Source: Octopus vulgaris (lineage: Eukaryota). From it: 64,000 nt of DNA. Each line of letters starts with the position of its first letter. The first letter of the stretch is position 1. The stretch is taken from positions 27,900,001 through 27,964,000 of the forward strand of contig OX597842.1 of the NCBI GenBank assembly GCA_951406725.2, in the 5' to 3' direction. This document shows, piece after piece, positions 27,145 through 40,705 of this stretch. Made by a program: the position numbers and the translations under genes. The notes under the pieces were generated by a model that was given only the letters and a program-made list of their open reading frames with translations, had not been told where the DNA came from and searched no databases.

Positions 27145-27605
27145 TTTTGAACTGCCAGATGGAGAGGGGTGTCACCCTCGAGGTTCACCTTATTGGCATC
27201 CATGCCTTTCTGTTTCAGGAGAAAATCAACAACTTCCTTGCTTCCTTGAGCAGAGGCAAGTTGTAGAGGGGTGTCACCTTGCTTGGTCACAGCATTAACA
27301 TCCGTGCCATTCTGTTGCAGGAGAAGTTCAACAACGTCCTTGCTTCCATGGCGACAGGCAAAATGGAGACCTGTCCAACCATCTTCATTCACAGCATTAA
27401 CATCCGTGTCTTTATGTTGCAGGAGAAGTTCAACAACGTCCTTGCTTCCATAGCGACAGGCAAGATGGAGACCTGTCCAATCTTTGTTCTCCACAGCTTT
27501 AACATCCGTGTCTTTATGTTTCAGGAGAAGTTCAACAACGTCCTTGCTTCCATATTGACAGGCAAAATGGAGACCTGTCCAACCGTCTCTATTTCTCTGA
27601 TTAAC
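27145..27605 (-). CDS. Ankyrin-repeat coding exon with 4.5 tandem 34-aa repeats
   Basis: Acceptor ttttttag|GTT AAT; donor aa|gtaagt; 461 nt, phase 0-2; repeats such as VNAVNEDGWTGLHFACRHGSKDVVELLLQ. Confidence 0.95.
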
Positions 27606-28052
27606 CTAAAAAAGATAAACAATAAAGACATTAAAGATGGTGTTTATTGGGGGAAGAAGGAAAAAAATGAAAAATGTCAGAGAAACAGAATCAGATTAAT
27701 TTAAACAGGTGGAATGAAGGTGGGGGGAAAATAAATGAGATTTATAATGTATCTATACACACACACATATGTGTATGCATATATATATATATATACACTC
27801 TCGCACATACATATATACATAAATACCTATATATACATACGTGTTTTATATCTTCACGGATCATTTGTTTATGCATCTTTGTGTATATATGCGTTTATGT
27901 GTGTGTATATTTGTGTATGTATGTACAGGTCTGTGTGAGCTGAAGAAAAGTTTTTAATTAAAAACATATAAATATAAACTGTTTCATATACATATAACAC
28001 AAACCAACATACATATCTTTATACACACACATATATATATATATTCGCTGAC

Positions 28053-28209
28053 CTGTAAATTGTTATTTTCTTTGCTATTTAACAGGACTTTGACTACATC
28101 TTCATAGTTCTTCCTCACAGCCCAATGTAGAGGTGTTTCGCCCCATGAGTCCTGCTTATTAACATTTGCTCCACTGGAGACTAAGAAGGCCACTGCATCA
28201 GTTTTGTGC
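28053..28209 (-). CDS. Ankyrin-repeat coding exon (HKTDAVAFLVSSGANVNKQDSWGETPLHWAV...NNLQ)
   Basis: Acceptor cctttcag|, donor cag|gtcagc; phase 2-0 matches both neighbours; GANVN..D..GETPLH motif. Confidence 0.93.
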
Positions 28210-28316
28210 CTGAAAGGAAGAAAAACAAACATAAAACATCACATTCACTTAATAATTACATCAAATATACACTCGTGTTCCATTAAATGCATAAAAACCT
28301 ATGTATACTACAGCCT

Positions 28317-28358
<42 letters not shown>

Positions 28359-28375
28359 CAAATATGTATTATGTA

Positions 28376-29100
28376 AAGGCAAACCTACACAAATGTGCCC
28401 CAGACGAATGTTTCCTCGTAACTTCTAGAAAAATGGATGTTTTTCAATGAATTTTCTTTCACAAATATCCTTCAGATGGCAAATATTCCAATTATATCGG
28501 AATTTGTTGTGAGAAAAACCTTTTCGGTGGGTGGAGAGAGAAATTTAGGAAAGTTCACCCGAGTCGGCTTTCTTTCCAAAAAAATAGATATTTTCAAATG
28601 AAATTTTCAATAAAACCGTTTCGGATGGTGAAGATTTCGATTATATCGGAATTTAATATGAAGAAAATTATAAAAATTGGTGGATTCGCACAGATATACA
28701 CTGACACAAAACAGAAAATAAAAAGATGAACTTTGGGAAAATAACCGTGATGTGTGTCAGTATGTATGTGTGCGAAACCATCAAATTTTTAAAGTTTTTT
28801 CATGTTAAATTCCGATATAATCCTAATCTACACCATTTGAAAGGGATTTGTAGAAATTTTCACAGAAACAAAATATCCGCTTTTCTGAAAGTTATAGAAA
28901 AACAAAACGGATTTGGGTGAATTTTGAGAAAGTCAACTCCTCAACGTTTGAAAATTTGTTTTTACAACAATTTCCGATATAATTGGAATCTTCATCATCT
29001 GAAGCATTTTTGTCAAAGAAATTTCATTAAATATCAATTTGTCTCAAAGTTATAAGGAAACAAATTCGTCGTGGGGCCCAGTTGTGTAGGTATGCCTATA
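28376..29100. mobile_element. MITE/foldback, almost fully palindromic
   Basis: Starts aggcaaacctacac and ends gtgtaggtatgcct; arms pair inward to about 28710/28750; internal sub-repeat attatatcggaattt. Confidence 0.8.
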
Positions 29101-29174
29101 CATATGGACGCATATATATATATTTATATATATAAGCCTGTCTCGCGTTTTCGGCATTTCCGGTTTCATTAAGT

Positions 29175-29935
29175 TTTTTGGCGAAGTTTCGCATGTCGTA
29201 GCTCAGATTTCCGTCGATTTCCGTAAAAAACTTTTATTTTTTTACATAAGTAATGAGAGCGAAAGAGACTAAGAGGAAGCGATTTTATGACGAGGGAAGT
29301 TTGTCTTTGAAGTTACCGTCTAGGGGAAGCATTGATGTACATGTGTGTGTGTGTGTGTGTTTTGATGGGGTGTGGGAGACAGTATGTTGTGTAAGTGAAG
29401 TGCTTCTGTTAGTGTGTGCCGAAGAGACAGAGAGAGTAATGTGTGAAAGAGAGAGATAACTGATTTTTTACTCGGTGTATGTGTATATGTATGTATGTAT
29501 GTATGTGTGTGTGTGTATGTATCTATGTATGTGTGTGTGTATGTGTGTGTGTATGTATGTATGTATGTGTGTGTGTGTGTAAGTATGTGTGTGTGTATGT
29601 ATGTGTCTATGTATGTGTGTGTGTGTATGTATCTATGTATGTGTGTGTGTGTATGTATGTATGTATGGCCGATTCATCGTAATTTTTTACTCGGTGTATG
29701 TGTATATGTATGTCTGTCTCTTCGCACACTAACAGAAGCACTTCACTTACACAACATACTGTCTGTCTCCCACACCCCATCAAACACACACAGGCCGACT
29801 TCAAAGAGAAACCATCTCGTCGTAAAATCGCTTCCTCTTAGTCTCTTTCGCTCTCATTACTTATGTAAAAAAATAAAAGTTTTTTACGGAAATCGACGGA
29901 AATCTGTGCTACTACAACCGAAACTATGCCAGTTT
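29175..29935. mobile_element. Foldback element with a microsatellite core
   Basis: 29195-29432 is the reverse complement of 29712-29917 (cagatttccgtcgatttccgtaaaaaac / gttttttacggaaatcgacggaaatctg). Confidence 0.8.
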
Positions 29936-30344
29936 TTTTTCTATTTCGAACCTCGTCCTGCCATAGAGATTTCTCCCTCGTGGGGTCTCCCTTCTCTCTC
30001 TTTCCCCCTCTTCTATCTAACAGGCCAATCGTCCCCCCCCCCCCGAAAAACCCCTAATCTCTATATAAACCAGTGTTTGCTCGGTTCCTGCCTCCACTCG
30101 ATTCCTCATTGCTTTGCTTCGGATGATAAACTTGGATTTCAGAAATGTGCAGCTAAGATAACCTTCTTTCATTACCGTTTAGGCGCTGATCTCGAACCCC
30201 GATACCTTCTCCCCTCTCTATTAACTATCTCCCTCCTCTGTATTTTAAGAATTTTAACCAATGAAATCCCAACATCTTCGAATTTTAACCAATGAAATCC
30301 CAGCATTGCGGCGTTATCTATATTGATAAAGAAATATAGCAGAC

Positions 30345-33300
30345 GCACGACACACACACACTCTCTCTCTCAAACACATGCATATACATTTGCACAAACA
30401 CATAGTAATTAATATATAAGCGTACACACACATACAAACGACACACACACACTCTCTCTCTCTCTCTCTCTCTCAAACACATGCATATATATTTGCACAA
30501 GCACATAGTACTTAATATATAAGCGTACACACACACACAAACGACACACACACACACACTCTCTCTCTCTCTCTCAAACACATGCATATACATTTGCACA
30601 AGCACATAGTAATTAATATATAAGCGTACACACACATACAAACGACACACACACACACACTCTCTCTCTCTCTCTCAAACACATGCATATACATTTGCAC
30701 AAACACATAGTAATTAATATATAAGCGTACACACACATACAAACGACACACACACACACTCTCTCTCTCTCTCTCTCTCAAACACATGCATATATATTTG
30801 CACAAGCACATAGTACTTAATATATAAGCGTACACACACACACAAACGACACACACACACACTCTCTCTCTCTCTCTCAAACACATGCATATATATTTGC
30901 ACAAGCACATAGTACTTAATATATAAGCGTACACACACACACTCTCTCTCTCTCTCTCTCAAACACATGCATATACATTTGCACAAGCACATAGTAATTA
31001 ATATATAAGCGTACACACACACACACACACTCTCTCTCTCTCTCTCAAACACATGCATATACATTTGCACAAGCACAGAGTAATTAATATATAAGCGTAC
31101 ACACACATACAAACGACACACACACACACTCTCTCTCTCTCTCTCTCAAACACATGCATATACATTTGCACAAGCACATAGTAATTAATATATAAGCGTA
31201 CACACACACACACTCTCTCTCTCTCTCTCAAACACATGCATATACATTTGCACAAGCACATAGTAATTAATATATAAGCGTACACACACACACACACACA
31301 CTCTCTCTCTCAAACACATGCATATACATTTGCACAAGCACTTAGTAATTAATATATAAGCGTACACACACATACAAACGACACACACACACATTCTCTC
31401 TCTCTCTCTCTCAAACACATGCATATACATTTGCACAAGCACATAGTAATTAATATATAAGCGTACACACACATACAAACGACATACACACACACACTCT
31501 CTCTCTCTCAAACACATTCATATACATTTGCACAAGCACATAGTAATTAATATATAAGCGTACACACACACACACTCTCTCTCTCAAACACATGCATATA
31601 CATTTGCACAAGCACATAGTAATTAATATATAAGCGTACACACACACACACACACTCTCTCTCTCTCTCTCAAACACATGCATATACATTTGCACAAGCA
31701 CTTAGTAATTAATATATAAGCGTACACACACACACTCGCTCTCTCTCTCTCTCAAACACATGCATATACATTTGCACAAGCACATAGTAATTAATATATA
31801 AGCGTACACACACATACAAACGACACACACACACACTCTCTCTCTCTCTCTCTCAAACACATGCATATACATTTGCACAAGCACTTAGTAATTAATATAT
31901 AAGCGTACACACACACACACTCTCTCTCTCTCTCTCAAACACATGCATATACATTTGCACAAGCACTTAGTAATTAATATATAAGCGTACACACACATAC
32001 AAACGACACACACACACACTCTCTCTCTCTCTCTCTCTCAAACACATGCATATACATTTGCACAAGCACTTAGTAATTAATATATAAGCGTACACACACA
32101 CACTCTCTCTCTCTCTCTCAAACACATGCATATACATTTGCACAAGCACTTAGTAATTAATATATAAGCGTACACACACACACTCGCTCTCTCTCTCTCT
32201 CAAACACATGCATATACATTTGCACAAGCACATAGTAATTAATATATAAGCGTACACACACATACAAACGACACACACACACACTCTCTCTCTCTCTCTC
32301 TCTCAAACACATGCATATACATTTGCACAAGCACATAGTAATTAATATATAAGCGTACACACACACACACACTCTCTCTCTCTCTCAAACACATGCATAT
32401 ACATTTGCACAAGCACATAGTAATTAATATATAAGCGTACACACACACACACTCTCTCTCTCTCAAACACATGCATATACATTTGCACAAGCACATAGTA
32501 ATTAATATATAAGCGTACACACACACACACACACTCTCTCTCTCTCTCTCAAACACATGCATATACATTTGCACAAGCACTTAGTAATTAATATATAAGC
32601 GTACACACACACACACTCTCTCTCTCTCTCTCAAACACATGCATATACATTTGCACAAGCACATAGTAATTAATATATAAGCGTACACACACACACACAC
32701 TCTCTCTCTCTCTCAAACACATGCATATACATTTGCACAAGCACATAGTAATTAATATATAAGCGTACACACACACACACACTCTCTCTCTCTCTCAAAC
32801 ACATGCATATACATTTGCACAAGCACATAGTAATTAATATATAAGCGTACACACACACACACACTCTCTCTCTCTCTCAAACACATGCATATACATTTGC
32901 ACAAGCACATAGTAATTAATATATAAGCGTACACACACACACACACACTCTCTCTCTCTCTCTCAAACACATGCATATACATTTGCACAAGCACTTAGTA
33001 ATTAATATATAAGCGTACACACACACACACTCTCTCTCTCTCTCTCAAACACATGCATATACATTTGCACAAGCACATAGTAATTAATATATAAGCGTAC
33101 ACACACACACACACACTCTCTCTCTCTCTCTCAAACACATGCATATACATTTGCACAAGCACTTAGTAATTAATATATAAGCGTACACACACACACACAC
33201 TCTCTCTCTCTCTCAAACACATGCATATACATTTGCACAAGCACATAGTAATTAATATATAAGCGTACACACACATACAAACGACACACACACACACACT

Positions 33301-33940
33301 CTCTCTCTCTCTCAAACACATGCATATACATTTGCACAAGCACTTAGTAATTAATATATAAGCGTACACACACACACACACTCTCTCTCTCTCTCTCAAA
33401 CACATGCATATACATTTGCACAAGCACATAGTAATTAATATATAAGCGTACACACACTCTCTCTCTCTCTCTCAAACACATGCATATACATTTGCACAAG
33501 CACTTAGTAATTAATATATAAGCGTACACACACACACACACACTCTCTCTCTCTCTCAAACACATGCATATACATTTGCACAAGCACATAGTAATTAATA
33601 TATAAGCGTACACACACACACACACTCTCTCTCTCTCTCTCTCTCAAACACATGCATATACATTTGCACAAGCACATAGTAATTAATATATAAGCGTACA
33701 CACACATACAAACAACACACACTCTCTCTCTCTCTCTCTCAAACCCATGCATATACATTTGCACAAGCACAGAGTAATTAATATATAAGCGTACACACAC
33801 ATACAAACGACACACACTCACTCTCTTTCTCTCTCTCAAAGACATGCATATACATTTGCACAAGCACATAGTAATTAATATATAAGCATACACACACATA
33901 CAAACGGACATATACATACACACACATACGCACACAAGCA
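30345..33940. repeat. Composite intronic satellite, roughly 40 units of ~80-105 bp
   Basis: Constant core caaacacatgcatatacatttgcacaagcac(a/t)tagtaattaatatataagcgta separated by variable (CA)n(CT)n; copy number estimated from length. Confidence 0.97.
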
Positions 33941-34608
33941 TACATTACACGTTCGTGTTTTGCCCCTTGCCGCAACAAATTTGCACAAAAGGTAAATAAA
34001 CCAGAAGGGGGGGGTCAATGTTTCATCGTTTCGGGGTCGATAAATTAAGTACCAATTACGCACTGGTGTCGAGGATTTTTCCCCCAATTTATATCACAGC
34101 TTCCGACAAGCTGGGGGCATCATTTTATGAAAAAATATTTTGCAAATTTTTACAATACGACTCACACTCCACGCGCAAACTCGAGACCGATTTAGGCATA
34201 TTATTGTTTTGTTTTTGTTGTTTCTGGCCATTCAAAACCATGGGATAAGCCTTTTTGGTAAAAAAAAAAAAGAAAATATTCAAAAAATATCGTTAATATT
34301 TTTATTGGGCGACGAAATTAATCGATTTAAGAGATATAGCTGTTATTTCTAGCACATGTAGAAGACAGAAGAAGAGGTAAATAATTTGAGCTCGAATGCT
34401 GCGATTTCATTGGTTAAAATTCTTAAAATTAAACTACGTTTAAGTTACGAATTACAATTTTGTTTTCAATTTTGTTTACAATAATGTTTTCTTTTGACAC
34501 ATTCTACCAGTATACGAAGTTTCAAATTGTTTAGTTAACTAGGAAAATCTGGCCCTCAAAATGAAAAGATCCTATATGGATATATATATATATATATATA
34601 TATAAATA

Positions 34609-35308
34609 TACTAGCAGCATAGCCCGGCGTTGCCCGCGTATGTAAGAGCCCCTAGTAGGCAACGACTAATCCCAATCTAGTCCTTTCCCTCAAGGGAACG
34701 AAGGCGCATGTGTAGGTTGCAATGTCTTCTCTTCACTTCCAAATAACTATCAAACAGCTATCGATAATTCAACCCAACCAATTCCTACCAGGAAGAAATT
34801 ACATTCGAGACTTTACCCCCAACACCGCCACTTCTGCTAATAGCTGCTGCAGCCGCAAGTTATTCGAATACTTTTTTTGTTTAAACTTTCTTTATAACTA
34901 CCACCCCAAACCTTAAATTTTTGACATACCCTAAGGGTCCTCGGACGCTACTTGCAAACTTTTGGTTTATCATAAACCGCTTTTGTCGTGTGCACCAAAA
35001 AACCTTTTCCATTCGTTTGTTCAGTTTGGTCACTTTTGACTTTTTCTTTGTTGTCACTTACATTGCTGCCCGCTTTTTTGCATATAAACAGCTTAGATTC
35101 TCGACCCCATGTCGAATTTATCAATTATTTTCAGAACTGGGGGAACTTTTCAAAATTTTCGCTGCGTTAGTTTTGAATTATGACATTGGGCTATGTGTGT
35201 GTCAAGTTTCATCAGAATCGGTTGAAAGCCGTGGTCAGGGTGAGGGTACAACCTGACAGACACACAGACACACAGACAGACAAACTGCCGTTTATATATA
35301 TAGAGATA
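34609..35308 (+). mobile_element. Non-autonomous Helitron-like element (Lep1/DINE-1-like architecture)
   Basis: 5' tactagcag..gcccggcgttgc; 3' (caga)n caaactgccgtttatata; second copy at 61137-61524. Confidence 0.7.
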
Positions 35309-35310
35309 TA

Positions 35311-35387
<77 letters not shown>

Positions 35388-35707
35388 TTGAGCAACTGAA
35401 ATGTGTATATTCATGAATGTAATCTTAATATACAGCAAATATATTAATAGGTGAAGGTATAATGTATACATATTTTCGACCCAGCAAGACCATCTTGAGT
35501 TTTAGTTTATACATCCCACAATGTGTAGCTTCTTCTCATGTCTACCCAATACTGCATTTAGCAGAATATACACACATATTAGAGAGATCGTCACAGATTA
35601 TATAACTATATAATGAAGGAAAATCGTTTTGTGAAAGAGAGAATGTCTGACAATTATAGACAAACTGATCGAAGGCAGATTTCTCATCAATCCCAAAAAA
35701 CAACAAC

Positions 35708-36215
35708 GGATCTTTTCCTTTTGAATGGCACATGTCAACACAATTTCTAGTTAACTAAACACTTTTAAACTTCGTATACTGGTAGAATGTGTTTATAAAA
35801 CATCATTTTTTCTTGGCTTTATTGAGAAAATTCTATATGTTGTAAGATATTTCCACTTTAATTTCAAGCATTTCGGCAATTATAACCAATCGCTGGAGTC
35901 TATTTGGGGTGAAAACATTCCGTGCTGTATGAATATGTCCCTCGTTTAAGAAACAGATTGGGTTTATTTACATTTGCGAAGTAAAAAAGATACCCTTCCT
36001 CCACCCCTAACCCTAAGCCTAATTCACCCTAACTCTAACCCTAAATCTAAAATAGATTGAAATGCGATAGATCGATACTAGGGTTATAATTATGGGTGAC
36101 AATTTCATACGACACCACTACGGAAAATGGGATTTTTTTCGAGGAGTGTCAAATGAAAATGTCACCCATAATTATAACCCTAGTATCGATCTATTGCATT
36201 TCAATCTATTTACAT
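35708..36215. mobile_element. Foldback-family left arm with CCCTAA tract and internal hairpin
   Basis: ggatcttttccttttgaatggca terminus; ccctaa repeats 36004-36050; inverted repeat 36051-36116 vs 36144-36210. Confidence 0.75.
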
Positions 36216-36566
36216 ATTATTTACTGCCATAACAAGTTATAGGATCTTTCTTCTTGTTTTAGATCTCAAATTACATTTTCTTTGGAGAAAAATTGATCGA
36301 TTTCTCCAAAATCAATATCAAGAAAGGACACTGAATCACACAGCGTCAATCTTAAGAACTGTTGGATCTCAAAGAATATCTCCAAAACAAAAAGAATCTG
36401 TTATGACAAGAAATGATGAAAAAGATTTTATTTGGTTACTACTATCATGTTGTTATCGTGTCACACTGCCACTATTATGGTATCTTTGGATATTCAATTT
36501 GTCTGGAATTGCAAGAAATTTTGAAACAAAAGCAGATCTGAAGATTTTAGTTAATTCAAGCCTTAC

Positions 36567-36721
36567 TTCTCCACTGCATAATGCAATGCTGTCCACTTCT
36601 TGTCTTCGTCACTGATGTTGAGATCAGCTCTAGATTCTGTCAATAAGGTTATTAACTCTTTATTGCCTTGTTCACAGGCAACCATGAGAACCGTAACACC
36701 TTTTGAATTTCTGTTGTTGAC
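36567..36721 (-). CDS. Ankyrin-repeat coding exon (VNNRNSKGVTVLMVACEQG...WTALHYAVE)
   Basis: Acceptor tctcttcag|, donor aa|gtaagg; phase 0-2; ankyrin motifs GxTxLMxA..G and WTALHYA. Confidence 0.93.
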
Positions 36722-36759
36722 CTGAAGAGAAGAAAGAGAAGACATGTGAAATATATTAA

Positions 36760-36798
<39 letters not shown>

Positions 36799-36816
36799 AA
36801 AGAGAGAGAGAAAAGG

Positions 36817-36865
<49 letters not shown>

Positions 36866-36939
36866 TAAAGAAGATGCAAGAGTGAAAAAAAGGAATACGA
36901 AAGAGAAATAAAGATAAACACACACACACACAAATGCAT

Positions 36940-36985
<46 letters not shown>

Positions 36986-39900
36986 CATGTTGCAGGGGTT
37001 TTCTCAGCCAGATTTTGCCCTTATTTAGAGTTACACTCCTCCTAGACGAGTCAGGAGACCTTGTAGACACAGGCGTGGCTGTGTGGTAAGGAGTTTGCTT
37101 TCCAACCACATGGTTCTTGGTTCAATCTCACTGTGTGGCACTTGAGTGTCTTCTTTTATAGCCCTGGGATGAGACCAAAGCTTTGTGAGTGAGCCTGACA
37201 GAAAATGAAAGAGACCCATCATACATATGTATGTGTGTGTGTATGTATATATATATATATATATATATATACACGCACACACACACACATATATATATAT
37301 AAGTGTGCACACACACACAAGTATGTGTGTATCTAATTATATATTTGTAAATATGTATTTGTGTTTATATGTGTGTGTGTGTGTGATATATATATACATG
37401 TATCCTCATTCTATATGGATCAAGATTGGAGCCTGGTGCAGCCATCTGGTTCACCAATTCTTAATCACATCGTCTATACTGATATGTATGTATGTATAGG
37501 TTACATCTCCAATCTGGTATGCTCATTTTGTCCAAAATACCGAACTACTGGAAGCTGTCCACAGATGTACAACCACACAAATAGCCTCTCTCAATCACTT
37601 ATTATTCCTTAAAAGTATTGCTTTTCCATGCATCAACACACAAAAGTTTTTATTTCTAGCAACTCACTTGATAGAATCCTACAAGATTATCCCTCATCTT
37701 CCAATAACAACTTTGACCACTTCTGCAATTTAATATCTTTATCACTCTGAGACATGCTTATAAAGTAAAAAAAACACCCATCCCAGTTTCCATGATATCA
37801 GAAACAATATTTTTATGCTCAGAATTGTCAAGGCATGGAATAAACTATCTACATTGGTTGTTAGCTGTATCCTTCAAAAACACCACACTTTCTGTAATTC
37901 AGAAACACTACATCTGAGGTTCCTATGCACCCTTTCCTTTTTGTGGTTCTTTTACTGCTCCCTTTTATGTCTTTATGAGTTTTATTCTGTGTTATACTAT
38001 GACGTGCACTTTAGGCGACCATTGGGGTCTTTCTTGACATGATTTGTGCTTCCTGTCCTTTCATAGAAGTGGACAGAGCAATATCGAGGGAAACCAGTAC
38101 AAATACCGTTTCATGGCAGATGGAAGAGTCTTTCTTATGAAACGTGAAATGTCTGTCTTTAGTTACAACCTCACTTTTGTCTGAGTGAAGGCCAAAAAAA
38201 ATCAGTTGAGACAATCTTCCAGTTTATTACTGGTATCTGTGATATCAATTATGAATTGAAGAGAACACTGACAAGATTTCAAACTTGGTACCTTATAGGA
38301 GACACACGGGTAAATAAGAGAAACCATCTACACTAACCAACCGCAGAGATTAGACCATAAGATGGTGTATAAAGTAATTGGACAGGTGAAGAGCTATAAA
38401 GGGTCAAAACCCTCAGAAATAATTGTGTAGATTCTAAATATGTCAGACAGGGTTTTAGTTTTATATTCTCTGGAAAAGCTCATGAAATTCTACACTGGGT
38501 TATCACTGATGTCTGGCATAGTAGCACTTTCATTTAATGCTATAATGATGAAGGAGATTTAAATGATGGTGAGAGAAGAACAGGATGTTTGAAATGAAGC
38601 ATGGATCTTCAGATGTCATATGTCTGGTGAAACAGCCACATGAGATCTTGGAAAAGAATGAAAGCAAATCTACAAGAAAGGTTTTAGAGAACTGTCCCTT
38701 ATTCTATTGACAGTAGAGCACAGGTAAATCAGGGCGAAAAAAGCTTAGAAAGACTGTTCAGTTCATGCATAAGCTCAAGGAAAAGATTGAAAATCCTTTT
38801 ACGCTAATCACTGAATCTATTACAAAGTAATTATTTGTGATTAGATATCTGCGACAACTTTGGAACGACACCAACCACAGCTAAATATGTGCAACTATGG
38901 AAAAGGAGGAGACACAAATGAAAAGAAACAATGGAGAAAATAAGAAATATTCTGAAAGTAGGGATCAGAATTTTGAGCCTAAATAAGGCAGCAGCAGTGT
39001 CAGGGCTTACATTAGTTTGTAGCCATACAATATGTAAGAAGGTGTGAGTGGTTCATACACAACTGTATTACACCTGTACAAACAACACTATTGACTTCTC
39101 CTTGAGGAAAACACCTACCCTCACTAAACTGGCAGACATTCACCCACCATTGAAATACATGTATGATGGTCATCAAGAAATTAAAGGATGTTTTTTCTGC
39201 ATTTCACCATTTGTCAGCTGTCTTCCCTCCCAAATTAAAAGCCACATTTTCTGGTCTCTTACCTAGAGTATCTCTATAGATTTTACAGAATCATTCCACC
39301 CACCACTCCCTAACCATGATGGTTCTATACCAGTGCTTCTTAAACGTTTCAATTATGGCCCTTTTTTATTTACTAAGAGTTTTTCAATGCCCCTTTTCTT
39401 GCTATGATTCAATGTCTCTGATTTTTAATGTTCTCACGGGTCAGATTAATTTACCTTTGGGTCCTAGTCTTGACATGGGTGACTACTTACCACAGCACCA
39501 CCCCACAATAAGTGAACATTTGATGCATCACCACTTCACCTTAGTTTCTGATCCAAACTCAACTACACATTGAGTTTTATATATTTATATATTTGGCTCC
39601 CTGGTCCTTATAAAATTTTCCACAAACCCTAACCAAGGGTAGCACTACTACTTAGAGAAGCCCTGTTTTATTATTCTTGCTGATAGTGTCCTATCCGCTG
39701 ACTACCAGCCAGTCATTCTAACTTCCAATATTTCAATTATGAAGTAAAAAGTCATAAACAACCATCATCTTTGTCCCTTTGGGTATCTTTCTCTATTCAA
39801 TGAGCCCCAGAACAGTTCCATAAAGCTGGTTCAAGCAGGGGTCTGATTCCTACGTGACTCCCCAGTGTTTTGGTTATGTTTGACAACTTCTGCAAAAGAA

Positions 39901-40270
39901 ATACTGTAGCCCTTGACGTCGGTAAAACCTTTAACTGTGTATGGCAAGAGAATTTCTTGACAAAGTCATCATTTATCTATTGGGTCCATCTGTCCCCCAT
40001 CTCTTGAACTGAATATTTCCTGCCAGAATACTCCATTGCAGTGTGTGAGGATGGGTTTCTCTCTCACTCACATTCCATCAATTCTGCCATGCCTCATTGT
40101 CTGGTTGAATATTTATAAAAAGTGACAATGATGAGGATTAGAGGAAAGAGGTAAAGAAAGAAATGAAATATTATGGACAAATATATCTGGTTATTTAAGA
40201 ACATTTAATATTGTGTATAAAATAATAAACAAACATTCAACATTGAAGAAGCAATATAAAGTAAACTTAC

Positions 40271-40354
40271 TATTTCAGGATTTTTTTTGATAAGTTGTTC
40301 AACATCTTTAAAGTCTCCATTCTGAATCTTGCTTATAATCTTATTTACATCCAT
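40271..40354 (-). CDS. ANK-RING remnant-death domain gene, first coding exon (MDVNKIISKIQNGDFKDVEQLIKKNPEI)
   Basis: Polypyrimidine acceptor ...ttttattcaacag|ac ATG; donor ATA|gtaagt, phase 0; joins in frame to VNNRNSKG to give an ankyrin N-cap pattern (GD..V..LI..NP.VN). Not in ORF track. Confidence 0.8.
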
Positions 40355-40599
40355 GTCTGTTGAATAAAAAGGAAAGTAAGATAGTTTTTAAAAACTTATA
40401 AAATGAGGTAAAGAGCAATTTAAAGAAGACTGCGTTTCTCAAATCTCCCATGAAATGACATAAATATTAAAAACTTCAGCTTATCTCAACAATTATTTAT
40501 AGCTGAATGTTCTTCTTGACACTAATAAACCTAACAACAGTCATTGTGTTGCATCTTTTGGTTTGCTACATTGCTCTGCTTATCACAGTCTCATTGGTC

Positions 40600-40672
40600 A
40601 CACACACACACACATACAAGCACACACACACACACATACAAGCACACACATGCACAAGCACACACACACACA

Positions 40673-40705
<33 letters not shown>

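Noticed and set aside
27279-27704. Plus-strand 141-aa repetitive ORF
   Set aside because: Antisense shadow of the ankyrin exon.
30055-30165. TATA followed by a degenerate hammerhead-like core (cggatga...gaaa)
   Set aside because: Core mutated and no convincing stems.
30345-33940. Constant repeat with variable spacers resembling CRISPR, or a Cys-rich repeat protein
   Set aside because: Spacers are only (CA)n(CT)n length variants, and frames shift continually.
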